Positions 42,210 through 56,143 of a stretch of DNA of 64,000 nt are shown here, piece after piece. The stretch's first letter is position 1. Every line of letters starts with the position of its first letter. Position numbers and translations under genes: made by a program. The notes below the pieces were generated by a model that was not told the origin of the DNA, ran no database searches, and worked only from the letters and a program-made list of their open reading frames with translations. The DNA is from Eledone cirrhosa (lineage: Eukaryota): NCBI GenBank assembly GCA_964016885.1, contig OZ024740.1, positions 95,232,001 through 95,296,000 of the forward strand, written 5' to 3'.

Positions 42210-42500
42210 GAACTCGATGTTCCCTGTTATGGCATATGTCTGGATGTCCTCACTGAGCTGTGTCTAGTATTCATTTGCTCAGTACCTTGCAGTCTGTAGA
42301 ATCTTTCTTCTGGCAGCCATGATATTCTGCAGGTTCCTTTTGTTGGGCGATCGTTTGTACTCAGCTAGGGCATCACGCTTCGCTTCAAAAACAGGGGTTA
42401 TCGTGATAGAATTGGCCTCAAACAAGTCATGTGACTACGAAACCATCTTTCCAAAGTTTCCAATGCAGTGCTCTGGACGATATTTCACAGCATTTCTATT
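42210..42500 (-). mobile_element. RTE-clade LINE fragment
   Basis: Minus translation SHDLFEAN...EAKRDALAEYKRSP...LQTARY*ANEY*TQLSEDIQTYAITGNI, recalled as resembling the RTE EN-RT linker. Confidence 0.65.
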
Positions 42501-42939
42501 TGTTTTCGTTCATTTCCATTCCCATTATCCGCCGTTTTGGCTGTATTTTATTACTGACAACACACAATCAAAGAGTTTTAGTAGTATACAAATAGATGTT
42601 TCTTTATTAGCCACAGGGGTACAAAAGAAGGAGACACAAACAAATGAATAGATAGATAAATAGATATATTCAAAAGAAAATAAACATGAACACCAACACC
42701 ACATTACCAAAAACACCACGCCCTACACCAACACTCCCTCTACCAACACGGTCAACAACGTCCACGATCCTTCCACCACCACTTATTATAAACTGCTGTC
42801 AAATAAATCAACAGAACACACCAACCCCAAAAAGGATCTCTCCCACAACCAGCGTTTCAAATGGTGGGCGAGAGGATGGAGGACTGTCGTTATTTACAGA
42901 AGATGGAAACATTTGTTGTTTCAAAGTAAAACATAATTG

Positions 42940-43120
42940 TTTCTACATTTGGCACAAGGCCAGCAATTACCCAGTGCATTACTGGTACTTTATTTTATCG
43001 ACCCCGAAAGGATGAAAGGCAAAGTTAACCTCGGCGGGATTTGAACTCAGAATGGCAAGGACCGTAACTCTATGCGTCAAAGCATGGCGTCCGACCCTCT
43101 ACCGATACTGCCAATCCACA
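42940..43120 (-). mobile_element. tRNA-derived SINE, most complete copy
   Basis: A/B-box-like head and core gcctttcatcctttcggggtcgataaaataaagtaccag (MetaSINE-like, by recall). Confidence 0.82.
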
Positions 43121-43749
43121 AACATAATGTAGTGGGATATATAGAGAGGTAGAGATAATGTGTTGGTTTAGTGAGAGAGAGAGTGAGGTATGTAGCGGAA
43201 GATAGAGAAGGTGGAATTGTAAGGGAGAGTGTAGTATGTAGTGGGTTATAGAGAGGGGGTGATTGTTTATCCTAGTGAGAGAGAGGGAATTACGAGAGGG
43301 AAAGTAATAGAATATAGCATGGTGGAGACAATTTCTAGAGAGAGATGGGGAATTGTGAGCGAGACTGACGTTTGTAGTGGGACATAGAGAGAGGGAGGAT
43401 GTTTGGTGATTTAGTAAGAGAGGTCGAACTGTGAGAGTGAGATAGTGAGGCACATTGTGGTATATAGAGAGAGTGAGAAAGTTATAATGTTTTAGTGAGA
43501 GAGGGGACACAATTTGAGAGAGTGACGAAATAAATGTGAATGGGAAGAAAACTGTTTTAATATTGGGTTTCACAGTTAAGCGGCTGTGTATATGACTGTG
43601 TGTGTTTATTTAGATATGTGTGTAAGTGTATGTGTATGTGTGTGTATGTTTGTATATATATATTTGTACATCTTTGAGTATATATGTATGTGTGTGCGCG
43701 TGTGTGTTTGTGTGAGTGTTTGTTTATATATATATTAGTTAGTGTGAAA

Positions 43750-43880
43750 TTGCGGGGTCACGGTATTTGACTCACAATCGTAAGGTCATGAGTTCGATTC
43801 CCAATTGTGCGTTGTGTTCTTGAGCGAGACGCTTTATATCACCTTGCTCCAGAAAACTTAGCTGGGAAACCTGAGTTGTA
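43750..43880 (+). mobile_element. tRNA-derived SINE, second family
   Basis: B-box gagttcgattcc followed by a CORE-like ttgtgttcttgagcgagacgcttta. Confidence 0.6.
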
Positions 43881-44238
43881 TATATAATTCGAAAGAGTTA
43901 CGATGTCACACACTGTGGCACATTAAATCTCCACTGAAATCTACATGAAATATAGCGCTACATGAAATGTATATGCGGACGATTAGATGTTTTGTGGGTG
44001 TCTGTTACATACACACACACACATACACACACACACACACAAACATATATATATATAGTTTAATTTAAATAAACCGTTATCTTGTCAACCTTTCGGACAC
44101 TCATTTGCATACTCAATCATAATTTGCTATCACCCTCAATAAATGTAATATCTCCACTATCCAGCAAGCTCCAACCGTTAAGTCTCTCTTTTTTTCGGGG
44201 TATGTCAATATTTATTTATAAAACAAATCTGTATTGTA

Positions 44239-44300
44239 TTTTATCTGATGAAAGCGCACCGTAATTTACCTTGGTGGCCCTTGAATTATGTCTAATAAAA
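44239..44300 (+). ncRNA. Degenerate type-I HHR in the 5' pseudo-LTR
   Basis: ttttat CTGATGA aagcgcacc...ggtggccctt GAAT tatgtc TA ataaaa; the 3' pLTR remnant reads GAAA at this position. Confidence 0.7.
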
Positions 44301-44487
44301 TAAATATGATTTTATAAATATAGATTCGATTTGTTAATATATTGTATATTTACTCCACTAAACTGTTGAGTGCTTTATATCAGTTATAAAAATGTTTAAG
44401 CTTGGTGAATCCCAACAAATTAAATATAACCTCTGCATATATTTTGCACCATTATTGTTGAGCGCTTTAAATTATCAGTGATTAAAA

Positions 44488-46703
44488 ATGGAATTCTTTA
44501 AGATCTCTTCTTCTCTAAAAGACATACCTTTACCTAGGAATAAGGACTTTCTAAAACAACTCATAGAAAAACTCATTAATAAGAAGACTCAGATGGCGTT
44601 CTTTTCATTTCGATAAATCTGATGCGAAAGAAAATATTTCCAATCTTGATAGAATCTTCAAATCCCCCAAAAATTCACCTTTCAACAAACTATTAATGGA
44701 ATTTGAAAATGAGATTATCTCTATCATACAAAGCATTCAATTTAACAAAAACCACTTCGTAGGCCAGGATTACCTAAAAAGTCTCAAAAATAATATAGAC
44801 AACTTTGAAAAAACAGAAAACATTCTAGTTAAATCAGATAAAACTAATAATCTTTATGGAATGCAAAAGGATAATTACAATTATCTTAGATTGGAGGAAT
44901 TAAGGAAGAATTACAAAAGAGTAACCAGTGATGACCTTGAAAAACTAAATACGGAAGCTTCTTATATAATGCAGGAATTAGGCATCGAAAATAAGACTCA
45001 ACCTTCATACCAAGGAAACCAAAAATGAATATTAAGGACCATAAAAGAAATTTTGAAATTGAAAGTACCAGTTACTTTGATTGCACCATCTCAATCGGAC
45101 CCTGGCATACTTAGCAAGAATATTTTAGATAGAATCATACCACAGCTTAAGGAATATCTTATTTAAAATTATGGAATGGGACTAATGAAGTTATGGACTG
45201 GTTTAAGGACATTAAATATAAGTATAACAATAACTATATTCAATTGCATATGGCTAATTATTACTCATCTGTCACTCCTAATCTACTTAATAAAGCCCTT
45301 ACATATGCATTTGAATATACAGATTTAACTAGTAATGAAATGCATATTATCTTAACTGCACGTAACACATTAGTTAAATTTAACAACCACCTCTGGACAA
45401 GAGCAGACAGAGATAATAATTCTGATATTATTATGGGATCATCCGACTCGGCACAAATAACGGATACCTTGGGGCTTTTTTATTAACAATACTATACATA
45501 GGAAAATATCGGAGTTGACCGGTGGTTTATATCGTTACGATATGCTATTACTCATAGATAATAATAATTATTGTGAAATAAATAGGAAAAGAAAAGAAAT
45601 TATAAAACTGTTTAATTGCCTTAATCTTAAAGTAGAAGTAGAGAATAATTATAAAATAGTTAATTTTTTAGATGTAACTTTAAACCTTAACACTGGTTTT
45701 TATTATCCATTTCATAAAATAAATGAAAATCTTAACTATGTTAACTTTAATTCCAATCACCCCAGTTCCATTAAAAACACTATCGTAAATTATGTGCAGC
45801 AACGTATTTCTAGAATTTTAGCTAATAAAAATATATTTGAAGATAAGGCACAATATTATAACGAAGCGTAAGGTAGATCAGGTTATAGTAATAACATTAA
45901 ATACATTGATAATAAGGATGTGCCAACTAACCATAATTATAAATAGTATAATAGAAAACCTTACACTAACTCGAAAACCAAAAGAACAAATAGAACTAGA
46001 AATATATTATTGTTCGCTCCCCCTTTCTCATTAAGTATTAAAACTCCTATTGCGAAATTATTCTTTATGGCTCTGGATAAATACTTTCCAAGAACACACA
46101 GGTATTACTCAATATTTGATAGACATACTATTAAACTATTATATTCCACCACTATGAATTTAGCGCAGAATATTAATAGAATTAAAAATAGATACTTCGA
46201 ACGTAACAAGAATAGCATTAATACCCCTAGCAATATCCAAAATAATGTTACGGCTCCCAGTAATTTAAATTTAGATAAATGTAATCGTAGAAATATATCT
46301 AACCGTCCTCTAAATAATAATTGTTTAGTTAAAAATATAGTATACAAATGTAATGTTAAAAGAAATGTAAACTCCTTTAATTATGTAGGCTCTAACTCCA
46401 CAGACTTCAAGTCCCGTTTTAATAACCACAAATGCTCCTTTACGAATATTGGTAAACAATCTTCAACTCCTCTATCTAACTTACTATGGGACCTGATATC
46501 AAAGAACAAATAATTATTCTTTACTTTGGAATATTATCTCCAAAGCTCCTTCATACACTGCTTTATCCAAAAATTGTTCCCTTTGTGCCGAAGAAATATT
46601 ATTTATACTAAAACGTAAGATCTCTATTAATTTGAGGAACATTTTATTCAGTTCTTGCAAACATCGTTTAAATTCAACTTTTAAATATATATATAAAATG
46701 TAA
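44488..46703 (+). pseudogene. Disrupted PLE RT-GIY-YIG ORF
   Basis: SLKDIPLP, KSDKTNNLY, IKDHK, IIMGSSDSAQITD, GGLYRYD, VNFLDVTLNL, SNHP, IVY...YVG, CSLC, CKH; several stops and frameshifts. Confidence 0.88.
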
Positions 46704-48038
46704 TATACGAATTATCTCTTTTACATACTGTCTTCTATATCATATATGATTCATATACTTAATTTATTTTCTATTATCTCTACTTCACATATATATTATT
46801 ACACCTATCGATAGATTATTAAATTCCTTCATATGACTGCTTGAAACTCCTTTAAGAAAAATATTTTCTTGAAAAACTTACTGAAGGGTTTAAGAAAATC
46901 TTTTGAAAATTCCTTTGAAGGATATAGAAAAACTATATTTTTATATTCTTATATTTTCAAAGTGTTTAATATATATATCCAAATGTTTATATGTATGTGG
47001 AAAAACATGTTTTTTTAATATATATGTGGAGTAACCTATGGTTTATGCTTTAAATATATTCTTAAGAAAATTGTTTAAATGTTCTAACTTTATAGCAAGT
47101 AAATTTATGACTTCGTATAAAATAACATAAGGTTCATGTTCTAATTACATTCTTAAGATAGAAAATGTAACTTCTTAACTTTATAGCATTTGATCCTTAA
47201 AGTCATCTAAGTTCTTAAAAAATCACTTATAACTTCCTTTACGCTCCTTTACTGTTTTTATAATATAGCTAAATGGTTATTCGTTTGTAAACTCTCGAAA
47301 ATGTTCCATAAATTTAGAATTGTTTGGATATTTTAAATTTTTGACATACACATTTTAATAAAATAAACTATACCAGATTTGTTCTAATGTAAAATAATAT
47401 TTATATTTTAATAATTTATAATCCTTAACATACACATTTAAACTAATTATCAAATTATTAAATTACACCTATAATCTAATTTTTTCAACATATCATTATA
47501 AATATTATAATCTAAACATACCGAATCCTGCATTATAAATATTATTCCTCCACGCTATTCTCATTTCTTCTTCATTACTTCTTTTTCCTCTCACGTAAAT
47601 ATACTTAAGCTGTATTTGTCCTCTGTAACTAATATTTTCTCTCACTTTAAAATATAATTAGGCTCTTCTCTTCACACTATTTTCACTGTCAAAATTATAT
47701 ATTTCTTTCTTTTTTTACTCTCTCCCTCACACATCACCTCTTCCAACAGTTTAATTTAAATGAACCGTTATCTTTTCAATTTTTGGACACTCATTTGCAT
47801 ATTCAATCATAATTTTCTATCACCCTTAATAAATGTAATATTTCCACATTCCAGAAATTTGTCTAATAAAATAAATATGGTTTTATAAATATATTTTCCA
47901 TTTGTTAATATATTGTATATTTACACCACTAAACAGTTGAGTGCTTTATATCAGTTATAAAAATGTTTAAGCTAGTTGAATCCCAACAAATTAAATATAA
48001 CCTCTGCATATATATATATATATATATATATATGCAGA

Positions 48039-48158
48039 GGCTTAGACTCACCTGATCAACGTAACAATTGTTAATACTATAAATAAAACCCTCTTTGTAC
48101 AGCCGACCATGTTGTTCTTCAATCTTTCACTATATATATATATATATAAATATGTATG

Positions 48159-48253
<95 letters not shown>

Positions 48254-48280
48254 ATATATAATACATATATAATATGTATG

Positions 48281-48361
<81 letters not shown>

Positions 48362-48455
48362 ACACACACACACACACACGTATATATATATAATATATAA
48401 TACATATATAATATGTATGTAAATATATATATATATATATAATACACACACACAC

Positions 48456-48489
<34 letters not shown>

Positions 48490-48524
48490 ATGTGTGTGTA
48501 TATTATACATATATATATATATAT

Positions 48525-48557
<33 letters not shown>

Positions 48558-48866
48558 TATAGTAAAAGATTGAAGAGCAACATGGTCGGCTGTACAAAGA
48601 GGGTTTTGTTTATAGTATTAACAATTGTATCGTTGATCAGGTAAGTCTAAGCGCCGCTAATCCCTCGAAGTTGCGTCACCTGACCTTAAATACAGTGTTT
48701 GCCTATTATGAAATAATCGGTATACTGGAGGGTTTATCACATGACATCACTACATGACTATGGAAACATCTTGTTGAGTCAAACAGCTCCGTACGTTAAA
48801 ACTATCCACGATACAGAGTACTCACAATTTCTAACTGGATTACCTAACACGATAACTTGTTATCCC
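48039..48866. repeat. Fold-back insert; arms about 48039-48131 and 48560-48652 around a microsatellite, long right-hand tail
   Basis: About 93-nt inverted arms. Confidence 0.8.
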
Positions 48867-49031
48867 ATATATACATATATATATATATATATCAAGTAAG
48901 TATGTTTTGAAACAGTGAGCAGGTTTGAAATTAGAAAATATATAGCTTTCACCGTATTATTGACTAAAGGAATTTTAGCCTGATAATTGGGTTTATAACC
49001 CACAGATAAATGGAAAAAGATGAGTATTGAC

Positions 49032-49095
49032 GTACATGGGAGTCGAACCCACATCTTTGGTTATCGCGACCACTCTTCTACCATTACACCAACAC
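49032..49095 (-). mobile_element. tRNA-like SINE head between roughly 54-nt direct repeats
   Basis: tggtgtaatggtaga A box and gggttcgactccc B box; direct repeats at about 48893-48947 and 49152-49206. Confidence 0.55.
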
Positions 49096-50605
49096 ATCAC
49101 CCATCTCTTTTCATTCAAATTAGAAACTACATTCTTAGCGAGTTTAAATGGCAAGTAAGTATGTTTTCAAACAGTGAGCAGGTTTGAAATTAGAAAATAT
49201 ATAGCTAATAGAGTACTCTTCGTTCAATTGGATAAACCAAATTATGTAATTTTGATTTACTGTAATGCGCTTATTAGCAAACATGCAACCTCTTATTTGC
49301 TGTAATTTGTCAAGAACTATCGTAATTGAATCTACTGAACATGTTAATTACTATATGAATAACATTCATGATTTCAAGCGATTTTTCTCCTTCTATCTAG
49401 AAGTTAAAGATATTAAAAGATTATAAATTACCATTTTCATCAATTTCCTTTTAATATGCATTTTTTTCTAACATTCTAATCGGGAGTTTTATCCAAATAA
49501 TTCTAAAATTTCTGTTCATGAAAACATCATAATGAACGAAAACTGTACGAAAATTAATTTGTTTCTCAATATAAAATTTGATTTCATTTTTCATGATGGG
49601 CTATTCGTAGTTTCACTTTGTATATTACTGGTATCTATTTATCGGTTTAATCAATAAAATCTGACCTGTCAATATCAACAGTATGTAATTAATTTATAAA
49701 TGAGTCATTTTATATTCCTTGATTGATCTGCATTTCGAAACGTTTATAAGGGCAATTAATTGAACAGAATGTAATGCACGATTTTTATTGTAACCTAAGT
49801 ATTGAAGGATTTTAGAAGCAAACCAGACTGAAATCGACCTCAATAAGATTAGACGTCAGAATTCAAATGGATATAGAATGAAGCGTTTACAGTTTCGAAG
49901 TTGTAGTTATTTATTTGATCAACGGTACATAAGAATTTGAAAAATTAGCATATAAGTGGCTACTGAAACAAATCAAATATATTATTGTAACTTTATGCTC
50001 AATATCGTTCATAGTGGTATAGTGAGAGTCAATGGATTCAAAAGGCTTGCGTGGGTAACTAATTTCATTGAGAATCTTGAGCTTGTGTGACACCATTGTA
50101 GAGGATATTTGCCAAGAATTCCACACAATTGGCATCTTATTACAGGTATTATGAATGGAAATCGAACTTCTAAAACATTCTGACAAACTGCCGTCTTGCA
50201 AATAAACGTGGGAATATAAATACTTTGTATTGCACACCACTGAATTAATATACACCGTCACTATCACTGAATGTAATATGCAATCCTGCGTGTGGCATTA
50301 TTATATTAATTTAATCTACTCAGAAGTAACGCTTTACTCGAAAACATATTAAAGGAATTGTATTATGATGAGTATGTTGTGCTTGGTCTGACTCTATGAA
50401 GTTTATAGGAAGATCAAATGTATAATTAGCAATGGTTTCCCCATTGACTGATTTGGATTTGTTCATCCATAACAGAAAATATTTAAACATCATAGCGTTC
50501 AGCAAAATATTATTGTAAGCAACACAGGCTCAACAATGTTATTCATACAATATTTCACTGAACCATTTTAAAACATCACACATACAAAGTCACACTCGCA
50601 CTCAC

Positions 50606-50636
<31 letters not shown>

Positions 50637-50734
50637 AATCTATATATATATATACATATGTTTATATATATATATATATGAATATATATATATATATATA
50701 TATAAATATATATATGGATATATATGGATATATT

Positions 50735-50843
<109 letters not shown>

Positions 50844-51180
50844 TTGTGTGCGTGTGTGTGTGTGCGTGTGTGTTTATATACAAGTACAATATCAAATTGG
50901 TTTACGATAGCATATGCTGCTTGGATTATTGTAATATTCAAAATTACAGTAAATGCAAAGTTCCAAATTCTTTGGTGGCACTTAGCATATAGAGGAATAT
51001 AGGGAAATCATCATAGATATGGATTTATTGGATGTATGTTTGTATACCCATGTAAGAAAGCAATTACGAACCCTTCACAGCAAAATCAGTTATCTATTTT
51101 TAACGGATATATTCGTCACAGATACTCTGCCCGGAGACAAATGTTTTTTACATGATTAAATTTATTACATCTTTTGACAG

Positions 51181-51237
51181 AAAACGTCAAATTGCTGGTG
51201 AACTGGCAATAAAACGTCAGGAGTTGAAAGAAGAAAA
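51181..51237 (+). CDS. Candidate internal exon (KRQIAGELAIKRQELKEE)
   Basis: Acceptor cttttgacag, donor gtaagt; 57 nt, phase 2-2. Confidence 0.45.
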
Positions 51238-52336
51238 GTAAGTGTAACTAGATATACACATCCCTTGAAAATTGCTTGTCGGAGAGAGTTTACATTTAAT
51301 TTGGCTTTTTAATGTCATTGTAAAGTATATCTGAATAGATTGGCAAACCTTATAGTATTTGTTTAATAAATAAATGAAAATGAAAATATCATGATGAACA
51401 GGGCATACAAATTCAGGAGAGCATACGCAACACGCTACTAATTATTTAAATTTTCTTTGAAAACAGTGTCACATAAAAGAAAAGTATACTGAAATGTTGT
51501 TAGTATTCATTAAATGCAAAAATATCACATACTATTCATTCTACACCGGTACGGTGTTACCATATTTATGCAAGGTTTTAGGGTCACGTATATACGGGGT
51601 GAAACATTTTAAATGTTAATATGTATATATATTTCCATTGGTATCCATATAGTATCACTATTTCAGAAATTGCATCTGTTATCACAAGCATATTACGTAT
51701 ATACAATAATGGAGGGGGAGGGGGGATTTGTTATGGATGACATTAATAATCATTTTTCAATACAGTAATTCTTTGATGATAATATATATATATATTTTTA
51801 AACAGAATGCCTATCTATAAATGTTACAGCTACATCCGCTATTCTTTCAGCTTTCGACGTTTCTGGTCGTTGTAGTTCATACCAGCATTCGGAGACGTAA
51901 TTTATCTTGTGGTTCGTTTTTGTAAAAACAATAATTTTCAATGATGATTACGCATAGTTGTTGCACAGAATTATCCATAACAGTTATTGTAATATGTGGA
52001 ATTCTGTCGAATAAAACCAAAATCATTACATTTATCAATCCCGAGACGTAGCTGGTAATAAAATATTATACAACGAAGAATTGAATTGTTGAATAAACGT
52101 ACACATGACTCAAAAAGCTTATGGATTAATATACAAATTGTAACGTGTGACCTACGTCTGACATAAAATTACGTAAACGTCTATTGCATAAACATTACAC
52201 ATATTTTATATATCTAAAGCGATATATTTAATGGTAAAACTAGTAGAAATAATCTACTTTCTTTAAGTCATCATGATATGTGATTATGAGCAGCGAAAAG
52301 GAAATAATTAATAGGAATGTATATTCAACTTTGCAG

Positions 52337-52367
52337 TAAATATATAACTGGTGCAGCAGAAAACTGA
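52337..52367 (+). CDS. Candidate terminal coding exon (NKYITGAAEN*)
   Basis: Acceptor ctttgcag; phase-compatible with 51181-51237. Confidence 0.3.
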
Positions 52368-52849
52368 AGAATGCCTATAGAAGTTATGAAGAGAAACAAT
52401 ATTGGATAAGCAGATAAAACTGCAATACAGATTTTTCATGAAACATATATCTACATTAAATTAGGCGGGATATCCCAGGAAATAAGTTTACATATATTGG
52501 AAGGAAAACAAATGTAAATCTGCTGGAAAGTACAACTTTCGCACAAAAAACAAAATTTATAACATTCGTAGGAAAACCAAGTCAACTGAGACTAACGATA
52601 CTATACGACTTGGGTCTGGAATCAGCTAGGGCTGTGATTGCTGTGATAATTCTAACTCTGACATTCTGCATTCTGTGAAACGTCGGCTTCTCTGCCTGAG
52701 TGAAGTAAGATTGTCGTCCACCATGTCATATTTCAAGAAAGATGAGGGCTGTGTTTGGTAAACAAACACGGGTGTACGCCCTAAAGTCTAAACGTAGAAC
52801 AGAAATAAACAGCTCACAAAGAAACTGATTAGTTTACCAATAAAGGAAT

Positions 52850-53690
52850 ATTGAATGGTCTATGTAGTTGATATGAAGCTTCTTGCTGCCTTGATGTCTC
52901 CATATGAATGCCCGAGTATTTGTGTTCGGATAAATGGTGCTAAATCAAAACCATTCAATGTAGAAGTCGTACTCAAACAAGGGTGCATACTGAAACCTCT
53001 CATGTTCAATATTTACATCAACAGGATTGATATGCACAGCCGGGCTGGAAGTGGTATCATTATAGGAGGATGTAAAATCAGTCGGCTGAAATTTGCAGAT
53101 GACATGGTGTTACTTAACACGACAGAAGATGATCTTAGGCTAACACTTCATAGGTTTGATGCTGAGTGCAGCATGACTAGAATGAAAATCACCGTCGCAG
53201 CACTGATGTTCATTCTAGGAAACCTGCGTAGTGTACTCTACATGTGAATGGCGTTCCACTAAAGCTGGTAGAGATGTTCAGTATTTATGTTCGTGTTCGT
53301 AAGTGATGAAATGTAGGAGAATGAATGAAGTGCAAGAATTGCAAAGGCTGATGAAATCATGCGCCAGCATCAGCATTCGGTAATCACAAGTATGGATGTA
53401 GGATTAGAAGCCAAACTCTCAGTAAGAAATCGGTTTTCGAGCTAACCGTTTCTTCTGGTCATGACTCTTGGCTAATACGGTCGCGAATACAAACGGCCGA
53501 AAAGGGTTTCCTCCGAAGGGCATGTGGTTAGAATGGTTCAGGAAAGGATTGCTGGACTGATGTTACGGTGAAAAATAAACGACAGAAAACCCAGGAGTAG
53601 ACCCCGAGCAATATGGTCGGGCATGCTTAGGGATCCAGCCAGATCAGTAAGAAATGGTTGGTTCTGACAGGACCCGCTGGAAAAGTGTTT
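52850..53690 (+). mobile_element. Decayed RTE-like LINE RT fragment
   Basis: VRINGAKSKPFNVEVVLKQGCILKPLMFNIY...KFADDMVL; downstream RKPRSRPR motif. Confidence 0.8.
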
Positions 53691-55049
53691 GAAGACAATA
53701 TAGGTTAAGAAGAAAACGAAGAAGACTACGACGACGAGAACGAAGACGACAATAAACCACATTGAATAACAATTGGAAATCATCAAAGTTATGATTCATT
53801 TCACAAAATATTTTATAGATGAAAAGGCAAAATGAATAAAGACAACGAAGAAAAAAATAAAATAGTAATAAAACTGATAATGATAATAATAATTATAAAC
53901 ATTGTTTTCATTCGTTGGACTAAAATGCTGACATATAGGGGACAATACAATAGACGGGTACAGTTGGGGTTTCACCCAAAAATCGAGTGAAAAATATGGA
54001 AAAGAATACCAAAAACAATAAAAATACTACAATAAACATTCTCCAAAGGGGGTATAACAACCCATATGCGACTCAGGCACTCCACAACTCCTAACCCAGC
54101 CGATACATAGACGGCTCATTTTATGGACACCCCTCTCATTTTCAAATTGACGAAAGAGTAGGCGCTTGCTCAGACCAAGCTCATTAAGACGGGCCAGTCG
54201 CGTCACATACACTCACATTTTAGCAAATCTACTGGGTTCGAGCAACACTTCCGTCTCCACCTTCATATTCCATTACAAGTGAAGCTTGAAAACGTCGATG
54301 AGGGTTTGGCTAAAGAGAAAAGTATCTTTTTCAGTCCTTGGAAACTGGTCCACCATAAAACTTCTTTCACTACCGCCACCAGAAAGAAGAATATTGCCTG
54401 CCTTTCACGGGCAAAAGAAGTCGGCATGGCGATCTTCATTATGGACTGGGGCGATAACCGGATCCGTTCTACAGGCGACAAAAGCTGTTAGACGTAACTC
54501 CGCAAGTCAGCAATGCATGGACACAGGTCAAGGCTGGGTGTCAGAACAGTTTCGTTTCTCTGCGCGCATCTCGGGTAGGTCTTTCCGACAGCATATCCGA
54601 GCTAATAGAGTTTATTTTGAACCAGCATTCCCGCTCTGTCGCACTGCAGAGCGAAGTATTTGTGGAAGTAATCCATAATCGCCGACGCGAAAGCACTCAG
54701 GACAGACTGGTCAGTTAGATTTGGTCGATGTCTTGAGCATTTCCACGTGAGACATCGCACTTTCCTACCACTAATCCTCTATAAAACTGGAGAAGAAGGA
54801 TGTAAATGGCTTCTGTTGGTATATTGAAAACAACGATGATAAGTTATATTCTTGTTGCAATGTAATATTGTAAAATTCATTCAAAACACTGCCGGACCAA
54901 GTAGGAATTCAAATAAGTCAGTTTAGGAAAATAGAAAGGAAAGAGATGTACAGGCCACTTATTAGAGATATTTAATATTATATTAATAACGTTAGAATAG
55001 AGAAAATAAAGTGTCTGAATGAAAACAATAGGTTTTGTATGTTGTAAGA

Positions 55050-55240
55050 GAAGTATTAATAGTTGCACCTCAGGGAGGGGTATTATGGATTAATTATGGA
55101 CATTGGACAGCGAACAAACAGGGAAGTCTCCTTTGTGCAGATTGTGTGATGCAAAACGAGACACTATGACCTACAGTGTTATTGAAGAAGTAGATGAGGA
55201 AGCAAGAATTGTACACAGTGTGTGGAATGTTTTGGCTTGA
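55050..55240 (+). mobile_element. Old RLE element remnant (zinc knuckle region)
   Basis: SPLCRLCDAK resembles the Dong SPLCRICGE motif. Confidence 0.45.
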
Positions 55241-55667
55241 CGCTTGCCCTCCGCGTTTACTATTATTTTATAGCTATCAAATATCATTACGATTATCTAT
55301 TGCACTTAGATATCTTATATTTCCTACGTATATGAGAGAATAAATAAAAACGAGGAAGAGATACGTTTAGAAATAATAACTGGATGACATGTAACATGTC
55401 TATCTTTTCAAAATAGTCAAATGATATACCCTCTATCATGCAGAGTACTTTACCAAAGATGCGAACAATATTCTGACAAATACTAATGATTTTAAAGCAT
55501 GCACCTCGAATTTCCTTCGGTGATATTAAAGATTAAATTTCAATAACTTCCCTTATCTCTCTTCTCTCTATCTATTTCCCTTAGGAGCACTCATATTTCT
55601 CTTTCGCTTCATACATACATACATGCATACATACATACACACATACATACATACATACATACATATA

Positions 55668-55925
55668 TATGCAAAAGTAATATTTAATTTGTTCGGATTC
55701 AACAAGCTTAAAAGTTTTATAACTGATATAAAGCAGTCAACAGTGACTGGAGTAAATATTCAATATATTAATAAATGGAAACTATATATATAAAACCATA
55801 ATTATTTTATTATATATATGTCAAGGGCAACCAAGGCAAATTTTGGTGCGCTTTCATCAGATAAAATACAAAATGTGTTTTATAAATGTTGACATACCCG
55901 CGGAAAAACAACCTTGACGGTTGAA
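55668..55925 (-). mobile_element. Solo pseudo-LTR of the 44-48 kb PLE family, with HHR (55805-55866)
   Basis: ttttat CTGATGA aagcgcacc...ggttgccctt GACA tatata TA ataaaa; ends at the same gcatata site. Confidence 0.8.
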
Positions 55926-55938
55926 GGTTCCCTACATA

Positions 55939-56000
<62 letters not shown>

Positions 56001-56086
56001 CCACAGGTGCTATGTCACATGCTTCTGATATTCTCAGACATGACATCTTTTAATCTAATTTTGGTAGTATATGTATATGTGTGCGT

Positions 56087-56143
<57 letters not shown>

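Larger units (their letters stand above)
44058..48010 (+). mobile_element. Near full-length Hydra-clade-like PLE with direct pseudo-LTRs (about 44058-44440 and 47749-48010)
   Basis: Direct terminal repeats enclosing a disrupted ORF and a roughly 1-kb AT-rich 3' UTR; microsatellite flanks. Confidence 0.9.

Noticed and set aside
49032-49095. Functional tRNA gene
   Set aside because: No complete cloverleaf; fits a SINE head better.
54027-54760. GC-richer block with RTE-like peptides on both strands
   Set aside because: Probably rearranged LINE debris, too degenerate to call.
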